Origin: Octopus bimaculoides
Taxonomy: Eukaryota
DNA: 64,000 bases
NCBI RefSeq assembly: GCF_001194135.2
Contig: NC_068998.1
Coordinates: 38,863,209 to 38,927,208, forward strand
Direction: 5' to 3'
Part shown: in pieces, positions 13,706 through 25,189 of the stretch
How positions within the stretch are numbered: the first letter of the stretch is position 1
Layout: every line of letters starts with the position of its first letter
Notes under the pieces: model-generated
Databases searched by the model: none
The model's input: only the letters and a program-made list of their open reading frames with translations
Told to the model about the DNA's origin: nothing
Program-made: the position numbers and the translations under genes

Positions 13706-14029
13706 GTGACAAGTTGAGAGCCAATATAACTCCAAGTTGGCGGAACGAAGTTGGTGGTCAAAAACCAGAAGCTGTTTCATATTGAAAGAACTGTTGGATC
13801 TGTGCTATTTTTTTCACCAACTGCTTAAAAACAGGGCAGTTCTCTGCTTGGGCAGAGAACTGCCTTTTGTATTCCTATGTGTCCAGCCCTGATTTGCTGG
13901 AGTATGTGATAGCACAACTGTACTGTGCCACGGCAACACAAACAGCTTTCCTGGCTCACTACAAAACTGATACAAATGGATTTGGCTCTTTATTTAGCAA
14001 AAATAAAATGGCACGAGTGCAACTGAAAG
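13706..14029 (+). other. Candidate exon-like segment (324 nt, phase 1-1) with one in-frame TGA
   Basis: TTGTTCAG|G acceptor and AAG|GTAAGA donor. The frame is open except for TGA at 13783-13785. No homology recognised; may be chance. Confidence 0.2.
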
Positions 14030-14039
14030 GTAAGAAAAC

Positions 14040-14845
14040 AGATTTTTAGGAGGGCTCTATTCATTTTTTCGATTCAGCACCTCAAAATCTTTTCTTTTTC
14101 ACTTGGAACTCTTTCACTTATGGGAACTCTTTCACTTGATGGATCATCCAGCAGTAATCAGCCATCATACTGACATTCCATCTTCCCTGACATCTTTCTA
14201 TCCTCTTTATGTCTTGGTGAAACCTTTCCCCCTCCTCCTTATTCATATCGCCCAGACTTCCCAGAAAGAAATCCAGTAGGGATATATAAGCATATCCCTA
14301 CTTGGCCATTCTTTTTAGACCAATGGCGGTTCCTGGCTCTACTGTCCAATTCACACAAGGAACAAGGAAACTCTGTGTAGTCTGACTGTTGTCCAAGCAG
14401 CATGCAATGTTTCCTTCATGATCACTGAATCTTTATCAGCATTACTATTTATGCCTTCAGACTCAAATCTCAAGTGTATGGTTTAAGTGTATGTTTAAGT
14501 GTATGTTTTAAGTGTATGTTTCCTGGTAGTGATGGGCCGATGGGCCTGGAATATCTGGTCCATGGGCAACAAATCACAATGCAAATGGTCGGTTTGGATA
14601 AATAATGTTTTCCCATTCTTTGAATTATGTCCCCTATACTTTACATTAACAAAGGTAGCAATCAGCACTGATTTTTTTGGCTCCCTCCATATCACTGGAC
14701 CCCTAAAATCAAATGACTTTGTACATTTTGTCCATTGTCTTAGTTCTTCAATACAAATTAAGCAGGCCTGATAAGAAGCCCTCTTCTTATCTTGCTCTCC
14801 TAATTTCACACCAAAGTAGGCACAATAAGATATTTTGACAAACTT
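14040..14845 (-). mobile_element. Internally deleted, frameshifted Chapaev3 (CMC superfamily) transposase remnant
   Basis: Minus-strand translations give YFGVKLGEQDKK..ACLICIEELRQW..VIWREPK..DCYLC (Chapa zinc finger), LLGQQSDYTEFPCSLCELDSRARNRHW, and EGERFHQDIKRIERCQGRWNVSMMADYCW. I recognise these as Chapaev3 blocks; the family assignment is from memory. Confidence 0.8.
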
Positions 14846-15026
14846 AGGCGCAGGAGTGGCTGTGTGGTAAGTAGCTTGCTTACCAACTACATGGTTCCGG
14901 ATTCAGTCCCACTGCGTGGCACTTTGGGCAAGTGTCTTCTACTATAGCCTTGGGTCGACCAAAGCCTTGTGAGTGGATTTGGTAGATGGAAACTGAAAGA
15001 AGCCTTCGTATATATGTATATGTGTG

Positions 15027-15073
<47 letters not shown>

Positions 15074-15292
15074 TTGTGTGTCTGTGTGTGTGTCCCCCAA
15101 CATCACTTGACAACTGATGCTGGCATGTTTGCTTCTCCGTGACTTAGCGGTTCGGCAAAAGAGACTGATAGAATAAGTACTAGGCTTACAAAGAATAAGT
15201 CCTGGGGTCGATTTGCTCGACTAAAGGTGGTGCTCCAGCATGGCCGCAGTCAAATGACTGAAACAAGTAAAAGAGTAAAACAAGTAAAGAGT
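14846..15292 (+). mobile_element. tRNA-derived CORE-type SINE, full length and little diverged
   Basis: A-box-like TGGCTGTGTGG and B-box-like GGATTCAGTCCC, CORE-like TTGGGCAAGTGTCTTCT, a central (TA)/(TG)n tract, and an (AAAGAGT)n tail. Resembles the octopus OR-type CORE-SINEs (name not verified). Confidence 0.9.
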
Positions 15293-17535
15293 ATGGAAAT
15301 AATTTAAATAAAAAAAAAAAGAAAGAGATACGTTTTAACCTCGGCAATGTAACCTTGTAAAGTGGGTCTGTCTCTCTTTACTGCTTGTGAATGACTGAAG
15401 TCATAGTGCTACAGTCACTTCTCTGTAGCTGAAATGATCTAAGCATTGCCAGATGCATATTTTTAAAATTGACACCTATTAGTTATACTGTTATAGTCTA
15501 TTTAAGTATGGTAATTATTAGTAACAATAAAAGACAATAGTCAAGTTCAGGCATAATGGTAATATGCAATGATCAATTTTGTGAAGAAACTGTACATGGT
15601 AGGATAATTTCTTTGAAACTTTTGATATCACAGGTAAAAATTATCAGTTTCATCCAATAAATGTGAAACAAATTTTTGGTTGCAGACCCGTTTAATCATT
15701 AATATTAATACCAGTAATCAATAAAATAACTATTCATAATCAATAAATTAATAACAATAACTAGTAAAATAAACATCAATAATTATTAAAATTGATATCG
15801 ATAATCAATAAACTAAATATCAGTGATAAAAATAATTAATGTTGGTAATTAATTGTTTACTATTAATTACTAATGGTTTACTAAATAAATAAGAGTAATT
15901 ATTAAATTTAGTATTAGTAATTTATACACGAGCAATCAAATAATTAACATCGGTAATCAATAAATTTGCATAAGTAATCTCTTGGAAGAAGTTTTCCTCA
16001 AACTATCAATTTATCTGCTTTAGTTTAACTAACTAAGGATGCAGGTGTGACTAAGCAGTTAAGAAACTTGCTTTGCAACCATGTGGTTTTGGGTTCTGTT
16101 CCAATGTGCAGCACCTTAGCCAAGTGTCTTCTACTATATATTTCTTTATTGCCCACAGGCGGATAAACATAGAAGGGACAAACAAGGACAGACAAAGAGA
16201 TTAAGTTGACTACATTGACCCCAGTGCATAACTGGTACTTATTTATTTGAGTCCCGAAAGAATGAAAGGCAAAGTCAACCTTGGTGGAATTTGAGCAGAA
16301 CATAAAGACAGACGAAATACAGCTAAGCATTTCACTCAGTGTGCTAACAATTCTGCCAGCTCGCTGCCCTATAGCCCCAGGCTAACCAATGCCTTGTGAT
16401 TGAATTTGGCTGAAGGAAACTGTGTGGAAGCCTATCATGTGTGCGTGTATGTGTGTGTGCATGTGTGTGTGCGTGAGTGCATGTGTGTGTGCCTGTGTGT
16501 GTGTGTATGCGTACATGTGTCTGTGAGTGCATGTCTGTGTGCACACGTGTGTACATGAGTGCATGTGTGTGTATGCGTGCATGTGTGTGTTGTGCATATG
16601 TATGTGTGTGCGTGTGTGCATGCAGGCTATGGTTGTGTGCTGAGAAGCTTGCTTCCCAACCACATGGATCTAGGTTCAGTCCTGTAGCATGATACCTTGG
16701 GCAATTGTCTTCTACTACAGCCCTAGGCTGACCAAAGCCTTGTGAGTGGATTTGGTAGATGGAAACTGAAAGAAACCCATTACATGTATATACATGTGTG
16801 TGTGTGTGTGTGTGTGTGTATCTGTGAGTTTGTCTACATCCCCAGTACTTATTCTGTCAGTATAAAAGACTGACAGAATAAGTACTAGAATTAATTCATT
16901 TGACTATAAACTCTCTGAGGCAGTGCCCCAGTATGGCCACACTCCAGTGACAGAAACAAGTAAGAAATGATGATAATGATAAAAGATCAATAATTAATAG
17001 TTTGCTGTTGGTATTTAATAAGTGTATACAACACTAATTAAATAATTTACCAGCATCAATTAATAAATTTAGTGTCAGTAATTAATAAACGTGTAATCAA
17101 ATAATTAACATCAGTAATCAATAAATTAGTATAATTTCTTTGAGTAATTTAATTAAAAATGTATTCTCCCACTATTAAATCAATTTAACTGCATCAGTTT
17201 AACGAGCTGTAGGCACAGGCTTAGCTGTGTGGTTAAGGAGATCACTTTGCAGACTCATAGCTTCAGGTTCAGTCCCACTGCACAACACCTTGGACAAATG
17301 TCTTCTGCTATAGCCCCTCCAGCTGACCAATACCCTGTGAGTGAATTTGGTTGATGGAAACTGTAAGGAAGTGCATCATGCATATGTGTGCATGTGTATG
17401 TGTGCATGTATTCGTGTGTGTGTATGTGTATTTTTGTGTATGAGTGAGTGCGTGCATGTCTTTGCGTGTGTCTTTTTGTGAGTGTGTGTGTGTGTGTGTG
17501 TGTGTGCGTGTGTGTGCGAGTATGTGTGTGTGTGT

Positions 17536-17936
17536 TTACTCTTTTACTCTTTTATTTGTTTCAGTCATTTGACTGTGGCCATGCTGGAGCACCGCCTTTA
17601 GTCGAGCAAATCGACCCCAGGACTTATTCTTTGGAAGCCTAGTACTTATTCTATTGGTCTCTTTTGCCGAACTGCTAAGTTACGGGGATGTAAACACACC
17701 AGCATTGGCTGTCAAGCGATGTTGGGGGGACAAACACAGACACACACACATATAAATATATATACATATATACGACGGGCTTCTTTCAGTTTCCATCTAC
17801 CAAATCCACTCACAAGGCTTTGGTCGGCCCGAGGCTATAGTAGAAGACACTTGCCCAAGGTGCCACGCAGTGGGACTGAACCCGGAACCATGTGGTTGGT
17901 AAGCAAGCTACTTACCACACAGCCACTCCTACGCCT
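17536..17936 (-). mobile_element. CORE-type SINE, full length
   Basis: Reverse complement of 14846-15292 at high identity. Confidence 0.9.
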
Positions 17937-18686
17937 AGGAATTTTTCCCCATGATACAGATTGATAACTGGTGTTGGTTTGGTTACATCCCTGATAACAC
18001 AAGAAACTGATAAAAAGTAAGCACTGGTGGTCGATTAATTTGACTAAACACTGCAAACTAGTGCTCCAGCATGGCCACAGTCCAATGACTAAAACAAGTG
18101 AAAGGTAAAAAGCAAAGGATAAAAAGTTATACCCCACCTTCCTCACCTGTGGCTGTGTTCCTTTTTCTATGTTGGAAATTATTATTTTATTCGGATTTCT
18201 TATGTTTTCTCACTTGGTACTTTGTCACACCTCCACCTCATTAGTTTCCCACATAAAATGAGACTATGCTCTGCAACCATCAGACACACACACTGTCACA
18301 AAGAATGTCAAATGAAGTTCTATGACATTTGTGGATTTCTCAAGAACAACCTTTTTATTTATAGCCTTTGATGGCTGCTTCATCTGGTTGCCAAGTGAAA
18401 CGCTGTAAATCAACTAGAAAATTGGCCATTCAAGACTGCTGACTGCTATCACTTGAAATACCTTCTCTTAATATTCCGACAGAAAAATAAGGAGCTCCTA
18501 ACTACAGCTAAAGAAAGGCTGGAGGAGAATTAACCATTCTATATTCAATTATTACTAATTAGACATGTGTGTGGCTATGTAGTAAGAAGTGAGCTTCACA
18601 ACCACATAGCTTTGAGTTCAATCCCACAGCATGGCATCTTGAGCAAGTGTCTTCTGCTACAGCCACAGGCCAACCAAAGCCTTCCA

Positions 18687-19093
18687 TGCTTATAAGGTTT
18701 ATCTCAAACAGGCAGTGCCCCTCAGTAGCACTGCCAGGTCAGGGATTTCTGGAAGTTATCCATAAGCCCCGGCCTGAAAATTCATCTGAAACAGACCAGT
18801 AAGTTGATCCTCGTCGATGCCTAGAGTTTCCCCGAGAATGTCGTCACACTTTTCCTCCACTAACCTTCTATAGAACGCTAGAGGGCTGTGAGTGCTTGAC
18901 AGCACTCAAGGTGCCAAGTGCCCTTCCTTGGTCTATGCTTAATCCAGGATTGCAGCTCAAAGAGGTGAGCTGCGGAAGTGCAACTCTGACAAACGGTGAC
19001 CACATTTGATCACCATCCAGGAAACACTGGAGATGCCGTAGCCTGAGTGTTTGTCTGCGTATCAGCAACCACAGCATGCTCACCCCTCCATTC
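18687..19093 (-). mobile_element. L1/Tx1-clade LINE fragment (C-terminal zf-RVT region)
   Basis: Minus strand: WSPFVRVALPQLTSL..; LMDNFQKSLTWQCY*GALPV*DKPYK (cf. W...GALPV.D.L..HG). Confidence 0.7.
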
Positions 19094-19651
19094 AATAATA
19101 AATGCCCTAATGCAGTACCAGACAGTGGCTCTCATAGCTTCTCATCTTAACTGATTGGAAGTGTTATCATGTCCATTGTTTTGCCTTGGTATAAAAGATA
19201 GGCTACAGTAAATATTCTGCTTAATACCACAGATTTACTTGTCAGTTGCTTGACCTTAACCAGTTGAGCATGTCCCTTAGTGGCTGACAATATGTGCATC
19301 TCTGATCAAGAGCAGAAGTAGTGGGGGAGCATCATAGCCATGTGTCGAGAGGAATTCTTTGGGGTTTGGATAATTCAACTCTGGAAACATGGGTGTTTCA
19401 TTTAACATCCTTAAACAACCCTTGTTCAGGGACCTTTTGAGTAGGATGGGCTAATCGACCTGAAGAAAATTCTAACTGGGCCCCACCTGCAAAGTTATGC
19501 ACTGTTTATCTTAATATGAGATCACCATGTTATGCACATATGGTTGTGATGCATGTGCCTAGTGCACCCTTATCATAATGGGTATATTGGACTTCGTATA
19601 TTTTACCTCAGTGTCACTTTGATGGCATGCACTGCTCTCTCACTCACTCAA
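19094..19651. mobile_element. ~550-bp non-coding interspersed repeat bounded by AAT units
   Basis: Closely similar to 56221-56690 and to the reverse complement of 7415-7632. Confidence 0.75.
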
Positions 19652-19682
<31 letters not shown>

Positions 19683-19810
19683 AAGAAGAAGAAGAAGAAG
19701 AAGAAGAAGAAGAAGAAGAAGAAGAAGAAGAAGAAGAAGAAGAAGAAGAAGAAGAAGAAGAAGAAGAAGAAGAAGAAGAAGAAGAAGAAGAAGAAGAAGA
19801 AGAAGAAGAA
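19652..19810. repeat. (AAG)n microsatellite, about 53 units
   Basis: Direct reading. Confidence 0.98.
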
Positions 19811-20072
19811 TTCCTTCTCTTCTTGAGAGGATAAATCATTTACTTTTAATAATAGTAATGATTTCAAATTTTTGGCTCAAGGCCAGCAATTTTAGAGGGG
19901 ATTTAAGTTGATTACATCAGCCCCAGTGTTCAACTGGTACTTATTTTCATCGACCCCAAGAGATGAAAAGTAAAGTCAACCCTGGCAGAATTTGAACTCA
20001 GAATGTAAAGATGGGCAATATGTCACAAAACATTTTGCCCAGCATGCCAATGATTCTGCCACCTTGTCAATT

Positions 20073-20091
20073 TTAATAATAATAATAATAA

Positions 20092-20132
<41 letters not shown>

Positions 20133-20167
20133 ATAATAATAATAATAATAATAATANNNNNNNNNNA

Positions 20168-20258
<91 letters not shown>
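20073..20258. repeat. Compound (AAT)n/(AGT)n microsatellite with a 10-N gap
   Basis: Direct reading. Confidence 0.95.
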
Positions 20259-20259
<1 letters not shown>

Positions 20260-20714
20260 CTGCCTAGGAATTCAATCCAGATCACAGCACATGATACACA
20301 TTAAACATTATTGAAACAAAAATAAAAGAAATATAAAAAAAGTGCAATCAACTTAAACAGAAAAAATTTAATGAATTTACTTTTTTAGCTGAAATTTCTT
20401 TAAATATTTAAATATTCAAAAGAAAAACTTGAAATATGCAATGCTAACGAAAAGAACAACAAATAAACAAATCTAATACCTGATGGTTTTTAATTGTTTA
20501 AATGCCAATGTTAATCTTCAGAAATCCTTAGAAAGCTGCAATATGACAGATCCTGGACGTGGACAAAGAAAGAAAAGCTTTTAAATCCTTTGGGTCTATT
20601 AACGAGGGGTTTATTGGAAAATTTTTCATTTTGGATTAAAAAAAAACCCATTTTATATTCCATGATTTAAAAAATTCTTTCACATCAATCACTCCATGGC
20701 TGAGATGATGATTT

Positions 20715-20940
20715 AAAAAATATATTAACATCCATTGCTCCATGTTTGAGCCTGAGTGGGATGATGATGATATAAAAAATATATTAACATATATTGCTCC
20801 ATGTTTGAGCCTGAGTGGGATGATGATGATATAAAAAATATATTAACATATATTGCTCCATGTTTGAGCATGCTTGGTTATGATCATGACTTAAAATGTA
20901 TGTTAACATCCATTGTGCTATGTTTGAGCATGGCAAAGAT
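20715..20940. repeat. ~59-bp tandem repeat (about 4 copies; decayed copies at 21600-21720)
   Basis: ATATTAACAT..ATTGCTCCATGTTTGAGCCTGAGTGGGATGATGATGATATAAAAAAT repeated. Confidence 0.85.
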
Positions 20941-20949
20941 GATGTGAAA

Positions 20950-21280
20950 GTGCATGGCTCAGTGGTAAGAGTGTTGGGCTCACAATCATGAAGTAGTGAG
21001 TTCGATTCCCGAACAGGACTGTGTTGTGTTCTTGAGCAAGTCACTTTATTTCACATTGGTCCAGTTCACTCAGCTGTAGAAATGAGTTGTGATATCTACT
21101 AAGCTGTATCGGCCTTTGCCTTTCCCTTGGATAACATTGGTGGTGTGGAGATAGGAGCCTGGTATGCATGGGTGTCTGCTGGTCTTCCATAAACAACCTT
21201 GCCTGGATTGTACCTTGGAGGGGAACTTTCTAGGTGCAATCCCACGGTCATTCATGACCGAAGGGGATCTTTACCCTTTT
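20950..21280 (+). mobile_element. Third tRNA-SINE family
   Basis: A box TGGCTCAGTGG, B box GTTCGATTCCC, CORE-like TTCTTGAGCAAG.CAC. A partial 3' copy lies at 21480-21590. Confidence 0.75.
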
Positions 21281-21929
21281 AATATATACACACCAAATTT
21301 TATCTGACCTGTCAACATATACACACTGCATTTATCTGACCTGTCAGTGTAAATAAATTATATCCATCTATCCAGTCAAGAGATCCATCCAATGAAGGCC
21401 TTTCATTCCTCATTTATACACAATGTCTAAACATCTACTTAACATCAATGTATTGTGTCTCTCTGCTCATGTATTTATAGGTATATGCATGGGCGACTGC
21501 TGGTCTTCCATAAACAACCTTTCACGGACTTGTGCCTCAGAAGGGAACTTTCTAGGTGCAATCCCATGGTCATTCATGACTGAAGAGTCTTTAAGATGGT
21601 GATTTAGAAAATATATAAACATTCATTGCTCTATGTTTCAGTATGATTGGAATGTCAATATATAAAGTATATAATAACATCCATTGGTCCATGTTTTAGC
21701 ATGGTAGGTATGGTAATTTCTTTAATCTGTTATGTTTAGTACAGATACATTCCATGTTGAAATGACTACAGTCTACCCAATAAGTACTATAAAGTAGGCA
21801 CAGGCTTAGCTGTGTGGTTAAGGAGATCACTTTGCAGCCTCATAGCTTCAGGTTCAGTCCTACTGCACAGGAACAACCCCTATTGTTAATCTAAAAGGTG
21901 ATGTACTATATGCTGTACACAAAATTTCC

Positions 21930-23030
21930 TTTATTTGGAAAAAGAAAATGAAAAAAAAAGGCAAGAATAGCTGACCTTGTTGTTTGTACCAAAAAATTTA
22001 TTGTATGTATGTGTCAAGAGAAGTGCCATCTTACTGGAGTTAGAAAATTCCTGAACAATCCCAAACTATGAGACTGGTTCGCTTTTGGGGTAGAGGTGTT
22101 ATCTAAGATAAACAATCCCATGAAATTATTCACTTCAGCTCCATCATAGGTTCCTATGGAGATCTCTGTGAGTTATCTTCCTTTTTGACCCACTAAAATT
22201 TCCCACGATACTACAATGAGCTCTTTGCATTCATTACTGCCTAATTGTCAAGGTTACTAATTGTGGTAAATCCTTCATTAGGTTCAAGGTTTTCAGATAG
22301 AAGGATTTAGATATAGATGGATAAAAGTCCTTGATAACAAATGGGATATCTTTTTCAACCACCTGATGATGGCAGCACAATAGTTTTATTGTTCTACTCT
22401 CATGGTACTTCAAATTTTGAAGCTGTTGGTATTATTGAGAGGGTACTTGACATCTACTCCCAGTGCATTTTTAGAGAAGTTAACTAGCCTACACTTGGAA
22501 TTAGAGGCATAATTTGTTTTGTGGTCTTTAAGAGTAATGAAAGACTCAGTGGGTAATGCATTCTTCTGTTTGTTTAGAAGAGAAACTAATTTATTCATTT
22601 CAGTATTTATGGTAGTGCATACGAGGTTAATGTTTTTTGTCAGGAGTTTAGCAAAGCATAATAGTATTTTGTTGTTTTGTGATCATTGTTTTGTCAGCAA
22701 GTGTATGAACACTGAGGATTGTTTGAAGGATTTCATGGGAGTTTGGGAAGATATTAGTACTATGTCAAAACATTACTCACCATCAGCACCACAACTACCA
22801 CTACCTTTCTTATATCAGGTTAAGGAAATCAGATTCAAGGTTTCCAAAGTTTTTTTATTCTTTATTTTGGTTGAAGGACTTCCCTTCTTAAATTTGTACA
22901 AATCTGCAAGTGTCTGGTAATCCCTTTCTCATAGAATGAGTAATTATATAGTGAGGATTCTTCTCTTTGTCCAATTGCTTACTCTCAAACTTTACATAAA
23001 AACCAACAAGATTTGGAATGGGTAGATGGT
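21930..23030 (-). mobile_element. Penelope-like element reverse transcriptase remnant
   Basis: Minus strand: SFITLKDHKTNYASNSKCRLVNFSKNALG (cf. AFITLKDHK..F..NPKCRLINPAK..LG), KDFYPSIS, IGTYDGAEV (cf. MGSYDGAEVCELVG). Frameshifted. Confidence 0.75.
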
Positions 23031-23897
23031 AAGTGTACAAATGGAAACAAATAAGAAAACTCAGTACATTACAAACAGTGATATTTACCAGGGAACAGAT
23101 GGTGATTCACTTCATCATTACACAAAATTTAACACATAAAAGGCACCCATACCAGTGACACGTTAATGGCACCTGTGTCAGTGACATGTTAAGGGTGCCC
23201 ATGCCAGTGACACATTAAAAGCACCTATGCCAGTGACATTTCACAGGCAACCACTACACTCTTAGAGTGGTTAGCATTAGGAAGGACATCCAGCTGTAGA
23301 AATGAAGAAGCCTGGTACAGTTCTCCAGTCTATTAGTCGCAGTCAAACCATGCAACCCATGCCAGCATGGAAAACAGACATTAAATGATGATGATGATGA
23401 TGATGATATACTTACATGTGATCATTCAACAAATATCATGTGATATTTGTTGAATGGTGGCGAACGATGCTATAGCAGAGCACAAGCTTGACCAATTCTT
23501 ACGGATCAAAATAGGTTTCATGATCAAAAATATTGCAGACCAAAAATTATTGAACTGCTGTGATGGATCGGAGGCAATTGTGTTGGGTTTGTGGCTATCA
23601 AAGGTAGCTAAACTATGTAATCTGTCAAAGCGAATGGTATTAAATTGTGTTGTTTAGCCTGTGGGTTTTGAGTGTCTGTTTTCCATTAAATCTTCACTGA
23701 TGATGACAATTAGATAATACTGTTGACATTCATCATCATCTTCGTCATCATTTTACATCCGTTTCCCATACTAGCAAGGACTGGACAATTTGATAGGATT
23801 TAGTGAGCTGCAAGACTGAAATGAGTTGTAATGCTAGCTTTGGCATGGCTTCTATGGCAGGATGCCCTTCCTAATACCAACCACTTTACAGTGTTAA

Positions 23898-23978
23898 GGT
23901 TATCTCTACAGATTTTCTATAGAAATTATAAAATCAAGTGCTGGCTATAATTTCTATCGAAAATCTGTAGAGATAACC
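23898..23978. mobile_element. 81-bp foldback mini-MITE, TTAA-GG...CC-TTAA (Kolobok-like ends)
   Basis: 37-bp arms (23894-23930 and 23946-23982) with 1 mismatch and a 15-nt spacer. A decayed half copy lies at about 11815-11866. Confidence 0.7.
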
Positions 23979-24029
23979 TTAACAAGTGATGTAATAGCAC
24001 TGCTAACATAGTAGAATATGGTATTCATC

Positions 24030-24600
24030 ATCATCATCATCATCGTTTAACGTCCACCTTCCATGCTAGCATAGGTTGGACAATTTGACCGAGGACTGGT
24101 GAACCAGATGACTACACCAAGCTCCAATCTGATTTGGCAGAGTTTCTACAGCTGGATGCCCTTCCTAATGTCAACCACTCCGAGAGTGTAGTGGGTGCTT
24201 TTACATGTCACCAGCACGAAGGCCAGTCAGGTGGTACTGGCAATGGCCACACTCAAAATGGTGTATTTTACGTGCCACCTGCACAGGAGCCAGTTCAGCA
24301 GCACTGGCAACGACCTCGCTCAAATGTCTTTTCACGTGTCACTGGCACAAGTGCCAGTAAGGCGACGCTGGTAACGATCACACTCAAAAGGTGCTATTTA
24401 CGTGTCACTGACACAGAAGCCAGACAGCTGCTCTGGCAACGATCACGCTCAGACAGTGCTCTTAGCGCTCCACTGGTACAAGTGCCATCATAATTTCACT
24501 TTTACTTGCCCCAACAGGTCATCGCAAGCTGAGTTTAATGTCCAATAAAGGAGAGGTTGGCATGGGTGCTAGTCGTCGAATTTGGTTCGATTGACTGATA
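24030..24600 (-). mobile_element. RTE-type 3' UTR / RTE-tailed non-autonomous repeat
   Basis: Same 3' UTR and (GAT)n tail as 4175-4480. Further copies near 530-780, 23130-23410, 29815-30200, 31040-31190, 31440-31640, 33230-33500, 41050-41200, 45660-45900, 46430-46580, 46730-46930, 48415-48790, 53950-54220, 57480-57560 and 62180-62280. Confidence 0.75.
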
Positions 24601-25189
24601 AAAATGTTTAATATACTTTGTAGTATATCATGGTCACATAACAAAACGCGATGTCCCAACAGGTCATTAAACTTTACAGAGTGTTCTGAGTGTTGCTGGT
24701 TTTTATGCCACCAGCAGTAGTAACATCACTGAGTAACTTGCAAAACAGAAAAAGAACAAGAAAAGGAAGAAGTCCCCTGAGGAATATTTGAGAGGGAGAG
24801 AGGTGGCTTATGACAGGTATTTGGAAGGCTACCTTGCATGTAAAATCACAAGAAATGCTGCTAAGCATTTTGTCTAGCATAGTAATGGTTCAGCCAGCTT
24901 GCTGTCTTACGGTGTGTAGATATTGACTGGGTAGAAATACTGTGTACATCCTGACCAGACAGACAGACACAACATGTTGGCTGGATAGTCACATATTGAA
25001 TATTTGCTGATTCAGTTGACTCAGTATTCCAATGTTGACTGGAATAGCTGGGAAGGAGGTAGGAATTTTGTGATAAGAAGCCAGAGCAAATCCCCAAGAA
25101 GCAAGGAGGGCAGCATAAAAGACGATACAGACAATGGGTCAGGAAGGGGGAAGAAGGTGAGTAATAAGAGACTGAGTAGAAAGTATCAG

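Noticed and set aside
14003-14023. Minus-strand terminal exon CTRAILFLLNKEPNPFVSVL*
   Set aside because: The acceptor lies at the edge of the Chapaev3 remnant, no upstream exons were found, and it conflicts with the equally weak plus-strand model.
19627-19911. Poly-R / poly-F / poly-S ORFs, and similar Y/I/L/H/G-run ORFs elsewhere
   Set aside because: (AAG)n and other microsatellites.
24134-24493. 119-aa ORF
   Set aside because: Lies antisense within the RTE-type 3' UTR repeat that is present many times in the window.
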